DNA from: Trichoplax adhaerens
Taxonomy: Eukaryota > Animalia > Placozoa
Reading direction: 5' to 3'
DNA: 5,726 nt
NCBI RefSeq assembly: GCF_000150275.1
Contig: NW_002061153.1
Coordinates: 1 to 5,726, forward strand
Under the pieces are notes generated by a model. That model had not been told where the DNA came from, searched no databases, and saw only the letters and a program-made list of their open reading frames with translations. A program made the position numbers and the translations under genes. Positions within the stretch are counted from its first letter, which is position 1. Each line of letters starts with the position of its first letter. Below are positions 1 to 5,726 of the stretch, in pieces.

Positions 1-1630
1 TACTATACTATTTAATACAAGTATCCGTAATGGTAATTGTGAGAATGATACGTCCCTTTACGCGTAATTTACATTCTAAACTCTACGCGATTACAAAACT
101 AAGACTAGAAAAAGTATAGGTTGCAGTAGATATTAGAGATGCTGTATTAGGTAACCTTAACACCTTAACATACGTAAGTAACAAAATCCTAGACTAACCA
201 AGATAGATGTTGAATTCTGTATCCTGATGATACTTTGCAACTAAATGTACATATAAGCAGGAGATTTCGTCTTCGAAGTTAAGTTAGTCGTAGCTAATCT
301 GGTTCTTGGTGGAAGATGTAATTTATTCTCAAGATACGGAAGTCTTTGCTTAAAGTTAGACGCTTTATCACACAGTGATGCTATTACAAATTAATATCAT
401 ATAGAGTTCAATGAAGTTAGTAACTTTATTGCAGTAGAAACGAGATTGCATCTAGGCTGTAGAATCGACAAGAACTATTTACTGCTGAACCTTATCAAAA
501 TTACCCAAACTGATCGCTAACGAAGATTTTTTACTGATACAACGAAAAATCGAAAAGGATTATCACATTGCAGTGCTTTCAGCTAAAATGCAGTAGTTTT
601 GTGTAGGGCTAATAAGCCTGGCACTACACAGTACACATGTGCTAAATTGATCGTCGCATCTCATTTATCTTTACTACCGGCTTTTCAAGAAAGCGTTTAT
701 AAAATCACTTCATCACCTATGCATAATGCATAATTTTAATCCAAAACTAGTAACAGTATATTTTCAGTAAGCTACAATGATGCAAGCTTGGATCTAACTG
801 TATACTAAATAGCTTATTCAATAAGTTGAAAAGAGTACCATCTTTTCTCTAGTTAATTGCATCATTTACTAACACTGATGAATCAACTTACGATATAGTA
901 ACTAGAATCTTTTCGAAATGCACACACTTTAAGGCGCAACACAGTATAACGTGCATAAGTAAGTACTTTTATTGGCCATTATCCCCTTCAACTGTACATA
1001 CTCTGTCAGTCATTGTAAACATATGTCGATATTTTTAAAACTTAGATAATTGTAAATTGACAAACTTGTGTAACAACATTTCGCACATTCAAAAATTTCG
1101 TCATTTTCACCTACAGTGCAGAACCGTACTTTGCAATACGAGATTTGCTGCAATCTTGCAGAGTAAACTGAATTATTTCTTTACAATCATCCGTTTTTCA
1201 GTAGTCTCATTTTGCTATCGCTATTTTACAATTTTCTGCGAATGCTTTATTTATTTTTAAATATGACCGTCTGCAATCGTTTGAAGTTTGATCGTTACAA
1301 GTACTACCAAAGCGTAAAAAGCCAAATTCTGTTCAGTAAAATGTGTTTTGTAACAGTCTTCTTTGAATTAAAGTATATTTTTCAATAAGTTCTCACACTC
1401 TGTATTTTTAAAGAGAATATCTTGCTGTTAGTATAACAACATTGAGTTAAGTAAATCACACTATATTAGAATCATTTAAGCCAAAAGACTACATACTTTT
1501 AACGTTTAACGATGTTATAATACTTTATAAAAATGTTGAGCGCTTGCATGCATAGTAGCGAATGAGATTATACTTTGGTTTCTTTAATGGCTGATGATAC
1601 TGTATCTTTGTAATGTCGATTCAACTCTAG

Positions 1631-1705
1631 AACCCGGAAGTCGATTTAAAGTCTCTGTCGATTCTAATGAAACTGTTGAGATAGAAATGGACGAACCTGA
1701 TTCTT
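1631..1705 (+). CDS. Upstream exon of the Death Domain gene (acidic linker, xPGSRFKVSVDSNETVEIEMDEPDS)
   Basis: Acceptor ...ttcaactctag| at 1630 and consensus donor |gtaagt at 1706. 75 nt, open, phase 1-1, joining the DD exon in frame (T+CA = Ser). Contains an in-frame ATG at 1687 (MDEPDS) that could alternatively be the start codon. Confidence 0.65.
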
Positions 1706-1994
1706 GTAAGTTGTACTGTGGCTAACATTTTTTTACTATTTTAAGTGACAATACAGTAAAATCTATCGCATACTACAATAGCAGCGACTTGCCTGATTTG
1801 TAAGATGGAGTCATTTAATTGGTTTGTATAGCAAGCACTTTCAACAATTGCAACTTAGAAAGAGGAATATTCTTGATTTAGTGTAGAGAGAATCGTTCAT
1901 TCTTGCTACATTCAATTTTCTATTAACTGTTTCATATGATGTACCGTAAGTAGCCACTGATCCTATTTTTGCAAATAAAATAAAATTATTGTAG

Positions 1995-2240
1995 CAGCCA
2001 AGAAGTATAACAGCAAAATCGCAAAAGATATTGGAACGAAGTGGAAAACTTTGGCAAGAGAATTTGGAATTGATCAAGGCGACATCGATAAAATTATAGC
2101 TGAAAAAAATGGATCAGTTGACGATCAATGTGCGCAAATGTTGAGTATGTATGCGAGTAGGAAAGGTCGGAGTTACACAAAGAAAGCATTAGTTAAAGCA
2201 CTCTTTAAAAGCGGGCTGCGTTCTGTAGCTGAAGATCATC
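1995..2240 (+). CDS. Internal exon encoding a complete Death Domain (death-fold superfamily, FADD/ankyrin/RIPK-type DD)
   Basis: Extending the 2051 ORF upstream to the AG at 1993-1994 gives (S)AKKYNSKIAKDIGTKWKTLAREFGIDQGDIDKIIAEKNGSVDDQCAQMLSMYASRKGRSYTKKALVKALFKSGLRSVAEDH. This follows the six-helix DD pattern: IAxxIGxxWxxLARxxG, IDxI, QCxQML, T-xx-ALVxAL, xxxVAE. It is bounded by ...ttattgtag| and |gtatgt (2241), phase 1 at both ends, 246 nt. An in-frame TAA at 1976-1978 shows it must be spliced. The ORF-track tail (RMCKVV...) is intron read-through. Confidence 0.9.
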
Positions 2241-2271
2241 GTATGTGTAAAGTTGTTTCTACATGTACACT

Positions 2272-2319
2272 TAACATATTGCCATAACATTATTGCCTAA
2301 CATATTACCAATAGCATTA
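2272..2319 (+). repeat. Intronic minisatellite, 13-bp unit x ~3.5
   Basis: taacatattgcca (2272-2284), taacattattgcc (2285-2297), taacatattacca (2298-2310), then a decayed atagcatta. Confidence 0.85.
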
Positions 2320-2819
2320 GTTAGCTAAGTTTGGTTGCAATATCCATGACTTACTTTTTCTACTGAAAAAAATACTTCTCGTATTCTGTCATACTGTATT
2401 ATCATCAATAGCAGCATAATAAAATTACTTAAATAAATAAAATCATAAGCAATTATCATAAATCAAGAGACTTAATTTCTGAGCCTATAATTGCTTAATT
2501 GAGCTCTTATAACTCAATACTGTACTGTATTGAGATTAAAAATGTAGTAAACTCTTTATCAAATGCTCGAGTAGTCAAGCTAGAAAATATAAATACTGGA
2601 TGGTGTAAAATGATAAAAATAACCTTTTCTATCCGGTTGGCAAGTAACTAAAACAACGTCATACTTTGGAAACTAATCTTCACTGGAAGTAGTGATTCGT
2701 TATAAGAAAAAATAATTCAAATTGAAAGTTTCAAAGGGTATAGAAAAGTCATTCAAAGGCTAAGAATAAATGTGCTATGAGAGTGATTATTTCTTTTTAA
2801 AGATTTAATCTTTGTGTAG

Positions 2820-2875
2820 GAATAATTGTTGTCAAAAGAAAAAAATGTAGACCAATACTCTTACAACATCGCTAA
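2820..2875 (+). CDS. Alternative candidate terminal exon of the DD gene ((R)IIVVKRKKCRPILLQHR*)
   Basis: Good acceptor (ttctttttaaagatttaatctttgtgtag|, AG 2818-2819). Phase-1 reading gives a short basic tail ending at TAA 2873-2875. Confidence 0.3.
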
Positions 2876-2934
2876 GGCAATGCCATAAGCTAAAGATCGT
2901 ATTCAAGGCAGGATTTTCATATCCATTCAAACTA

Positions 2935-3330
2935 GTTAATCTTTCCATCTTCCTTCAAGTTTGGTATACCAACTTCACTAAATTTTCTTGACAACTATGT
3001 TAGCCAAGATTTGCTAGCAGTTTTGATCAGGAATTGAATCCACGGAACTACTAACATTAACAAGATATCAAACTTATACTGTAAGTTAGAGGTAGCTAGC
3101 AAGGCACGATTTTCACATCCATTAATAATAATTGACCTTACCATCTGATTTTAAATTTGCTTTACTGGCTTCATGTCATTTCCTGAAGACTAAAGTTAGC
3201 AAAAATTAATCAAATAGTCTTGATTAAGAGTTGAAGCCATGGAACTACTGTATAAGTCATGATAACCAATTGTGACAGTAGCTAGTGTGTGAGTTCAGCA
3301 GTATGAGCTAATTAAATAATAAAAATCAAG
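2935..3330 (+). repeat. Diverged tandem duplication, ~197-bp period, 2 copies
   Basis: ttgatcaggaattgaatccacggaactact (3023-3052) vs ttgattaagagttgaagccatggaactact (3220-3249): 25/30 identical. Collinear similarity continues: ccatct..tt.aa.tttg.t.tac...cttca (2945 / 3141), gttagc.aa.att and gtagctag in both copies. Outer boundaries approximate. Confidence 0.75.
3031..3080 (+). CDS. Candidate 50-nt bridging exon ((R)IESTELLTLTRYQTYT)
   Basis: ...ttttgatcag| acceptor and |gtaagt donor at 3081. Open only when entered in phase 1 and exits in phase 0, which are the phases needed to link the DD exon to the 3379 exon. Short enough to be chance. Confidence 0.3.
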
Positions 3331-3378
3331 ATTTTTTACTAGTAGGCCATGTTGAGACCTAAAATTCAATGCCTATAG

Positions 3379-3672
3379 ATACTCAACCACAGAGGATATT
3401 TACGCATGAAAAGATACAAAGACAATATCAAATACTTCAATCCTCTCACACAATTCTTCAACCATGAAAATCTATGGTCGGACAAGCAGTTAATCCTATA
3501 TGAAAATCGATCTAGTTTGAATATTTATAACCCCCAAACACTACAGCTACAAATCACTCTACCATTCCCTCACTTCCGGATATGGGATATGCAATGGAAT
3601 CTTCAACACTCTCAACTCATCATCAGGAGTAGAAAGGATTACTGCTTAGTAAATCCAATGAAAAAGGAATAA
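3379..3672 (+). CDS. Putative terminal exon, 97 aa, WD40/beta-propeller-like fragment
   Basis: Frame is open from ...gcctatag| (3378, phase 0) to TAA 3670-3672 and is the longest ORF in the window: ILNHRGYLRMKRYKDNIKYFNPLTQFFNHENLWSDKQLILYENRSSLNIYNPQTLQLQITLPFPHFRIWDMQWNLQHSQLIIRSRKDYCLVNPMKKE. The segment WSDKQLIL...SSLNIYNPQTLQLQITLPFPHFRIWDMQWN...SQLII resembles propeller blades by eye (IYN/IWD-x-T-x-Q-L-x-x-TL-x-H-x-I-x-x-x-x-W-N). Not confirmed by a profile search. Confidence 0.4.
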   Translation: MLNHRGYLRMKRYKDNIKYFNPLTQFFNHENLWSDKQLILYENRSSLNIYNPQTLQLQITLPFPHFRIWDMQWNLQHSQLIIRSRKDYCLVNPMKKE

Positions 3673-3687
3673 TATTTGCGTGAAATG

Positions 3688-4670
3688 TAAAGCTAATCTT
3701 GTATCTTGTACTCAGTGCAATTTAACGAGAGTGTCAATCAACTAAGTTAATATTGCTTCCATAATCAATGAAGATGATTGATGTGTATACTGTACAAATG
3801 GATAAAGTATACCCCCAATGTCAGTAAAACCAATACCCAAATATAAATATAGCAAAGCATGATTAAAAGTAGTGTAGTCTATGTCTCGTCTATGGTCAAT
3901 GCAATTGCTGAGTTAGTTTAATGTCTATTACAAATCGTAGTCAAAGAGGGACTTGAAAGAGAAAATGAAAAACATCTGTAACAAAACATTGGTAAAATAG
4001 GAGGAGAACATAAAGATCAACATAGGGATGGAGAAAATGGATTGCAAAATTGCAGCCTATCTATCATTAAGCATCCCATCTAGTCTAAAGCAAATATTGA
4101 TGACAGTCTTGTAATACTGTAGATGGCGATCTCTTCAGCTCTTAATAAACTAAATTAACGTCACTTCTATCCATGAAGATGATAGATGTGTGCTCTGTAC
4201 AGATGGTTAAAGTATACCCCTAATGTCAGTAAAACCAATACCCAGAAATAAATAAAGCAAAACACCATTGCATATTCGTCCATGGGGAGAATGCAATGGT
4301 GTAGTTGGTTCAATTCCAATTATAAATGGTAGTGAAAGAGAGATTTGAAGAGAAAACGAAAACATTTGTAAAAAGATTTAGGATTAAGATGAAGGTAAAA
4401 TAGGATGAGAAAATAAAAATAGGGATAAAGAAAATGTTTTGCGAAATTGCAGTCGATCATGAAGTAAACCCCCAAAAGTCAGTTTAACCAATACCCAAAA
4501 ATAAATCAAAACAAAATTATTAGTATTGCAATCAATGCAATTGTGCAGCTAGTTCAATGTTTATTGCAAATTGCAGTAAAAGACGGACTTGAAAGAGAAA
4601 CAATCTCAGCAAGTTCTTGGTCAAAATAACATGAGAAGATAAAATAGTCTGCTAGCAAAGGCGATCATGA
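3688..4670 (+). repeat. Diverged tandem array: two ~400-bp copies (~3688-4057, ~4086-4455) and a third internally deleted copy (~4456-4670)
   Basis: Core 3768-3859 vs 4173-4264 aligns ungapped at offset 405 with 81/92 identity by hand count (atgaagatgat.gatgtgt...aaagtatacccc.aatgtcagtaaaaccaataccca). Copy 3 keeps aagtaaacccccaaaagtcagtttaaccaatacccaaaaataaat (~4462), tcaatgcaattg, ggacttgaaagagaaa and ggtcaaaataacatgagaa, in the same order as copies 1 and 2. Confidence 0.9.
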
Positions 4671-5101
4671 CTGGAAGGGATATTGCCAACAGAAAATCGT
4701 CTTACCTTGTTGTCCATGTTGTCTTCCACTTTTTCCCGACCCCAAAGGCGAGATTGCCTGCTTTCATTCTCTTTCTCACCTTGCTATCCACAGTTTACAA
4801 AGTAAATTAGTGATTTCAATTAGAGCCAAGAAAAGTTGATGGCGAGCATGCAGTAAGCAGCGTGCCTGTGCGATACTTTCTTAGTCCAAGTGAGGTTACT
4901 CGGTTGATATCTTGCTTATAATATTGTCCGCTGTAGACTCCATTCCTACTTCTATAGGGTGACAAGCTATTTTGCACAGTAGCTTGCAGCGCCGACTCTC
5001 TACTTAGTCTTCCTCTTCTTCTACTGCCTTCTACACGTGAAATGGCAGTCAACCATCAAACATCTTTTTTTCTCACTTTCTTTTTCCATACTACAGATTT
5101 C

Positions 5102-5356
5102 TCTCTTATACTTATTAATCTGTGCTTTTGACAGATATTGTTGGGTGTTAGCATTGTCATCTTGCTTAGCAGGTAAGTCTTTCAACAAGTTAAAGCAATC
5201 TTAATCGATATCATTTTAAACGCAAACCCTAACATTATTGCAATAATATAATCGTCCCTTTATCGCCATTAGACCTATAGTTGACATTTTGGGTTGTGAA
5301 CTGAATTTCTCTTATACTTGTTAATCTGTGTGTTTTATAGATATTGCTGGGTGTTA
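5102..5356 (+). repeat. 49-bp direct repeat (5102-5150, 5308-5356) spanning a polypyrimidine tract, YAG acceptor and first 16 nt of a candidate exon
   Basis: tctcttatacttattaatctgtgcttttgacag|atattgttgggtgtta vs tctcttatacttgttaatctgtgtgttttatag|atattgctgggtgtta: 43/49 identical, ungapped, offset 206. Confidence 0.9.
5135..5172 (+). other. Candidate 38-nt exon with strong splice sites, function and frame unknown
   Basis: tgcttttgacag| acceptor and perfect cag|gtaagt donor (5173). Phase-0 reading is hydrophobic (ILLGVSIVILLS); phase-2 reading (YCWVLALSSCLA) is also open. Confidence 0.4.
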
Positions 5357-5726
5357 TCCCTGGACAATATCCTGGATTATCCCTGCACGGTCATCATTTC
5401 TGGTGTTTACTAGCACTAGTCAATCGTTTCACACTTTGTACCATGTTGACTTTCATGCTGAAAAATAGTGATGAGTTAATAACTGGTTTGAAAATGGAAT
5501 TGCTCAAGTACGGCCAAGTTTTGATTAAAATCATTACGTAATTTCATTTTGTAGTCGCTTCAATTAACGTTACTCAAGATCTTTAATAAATCAATTGCTG
5601 CCACTTATACAGTCCGTTTTTCCTTATTAGCTATCATCCAAATTTCGCCAACTTGCTAAAGTTCATAATCAATGTAAAGATAAACACGAGTACCTGCATA
5701 TCTAGTTGCCATTTTCGATAGAATGT

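Noticed and set aside
154-169. accttaac x2 direct repeat
   Set aside because: Simple 8-bp slippage duplication with no supporting context.
120-958. Possible further upstream exons (120-173 VAVDIRDAVLGNLNTLTY|gtaagt; open frame from 261; 906-958 ending |gtaagt)
   Set aside because: Individual splice-like sites exist, but I could not build a phase-consistent chain with recognisable protein similarity, so the 5' end of the DD gene is left unresolved.
1148-1161. Hairpin ctgcaa-tc-ttgcag
   Set aside because: A 6-bp stem with a 2-nt loop is expected by chance; no associated terminal repeats or target-site duplication.
1057-1260. 67-aa + ORF from the track
   Set aside because: TTG start, Phe/Cys-rich composition typical of T-rich non-coding DNA, no recognisable motif or convincing splice pairing.
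1886-1951. Extra exon ending at gtaagt (1946) between the two DD-gene exons
   Set aside because: The phase-1 reading from the nearby acceptors hits a stop, and the resulting intron would be only 49 nt.
1841-2077. 78-aa minus ORF
   Set aside because: Antisense shadow overlapping the Death Domain exon and its upstream intron; no protein motif.
1995-2240. Naming the gene FADD, MyD88, RIPK or ankyrin
   Set aside because: No DED, TIR, kinase, ZU5 or ankyrin sequence is visible; the DD alone does not identify an orthologue.
4168-4320. Minus-strand peptide HCILPMDEYAMVFCFIYFWVLVLLTLGVYFNHLYR, reminiscent of the innexin/pannexin TM4 region
   Set aside because: Flanked by stops, lacks the N...EK residues, the CILP part is not kept in the other repeat copies, and differences between copies are mostly non-synonymous; hydrophobicity is explained by T-richness.
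3688-4670. CRISPR-like or prokaryotic repeat-spacer interpretation of the arrays
   Set aside because: Units are long, diverged and collinear throughout, with no unique spacers or cas genes; the context is intron-containing eukaryotic DNA.
4816-5052. 78-aa minus ORF as a stand-alone gene
   Set aside because: Non-ATG start and no recognisable domain beyond the weak FLGS similarity noted under the RT-relic finding.

Overview
AT-rich (roughly one-third GC by eye) eukaryotic DNA with GT-AG intron signals, most likely from an invertebrate animal genome (inference; no species can be assigned). The one well-supported feature is a + strand spliced gene with a complete Death Domain on a single phase 1-1 exon (1995-2240), preceded by an in-frame 75-nt acidic exon (1631-1705). 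The gene's 5' end is not resolved. Several in-phase 3' endings are possible; the most interesting splices via a 50-nt exon (3031-3080) onto a 97-aa WD40/beta-propeller-like open exon (3379-3672). The right half of the window is a patchwork of diverged local duplications: a ~197-bp pair (2935-3330), a ~400-bp three-copy array (3688-4670) and a duplicated splice acceptor (5102-5150 / 5308-5356). TAC(A/T)GTA, the canonical Tc1/mariner excision footprint, occurs nine times. I see no prokaryotic features (operons, CRISPR, tRNA/rRNA). No novel system can be established from the sequence alone; the best leads are the possible Death Domain plus propeller architecture and the footprint enrichment.
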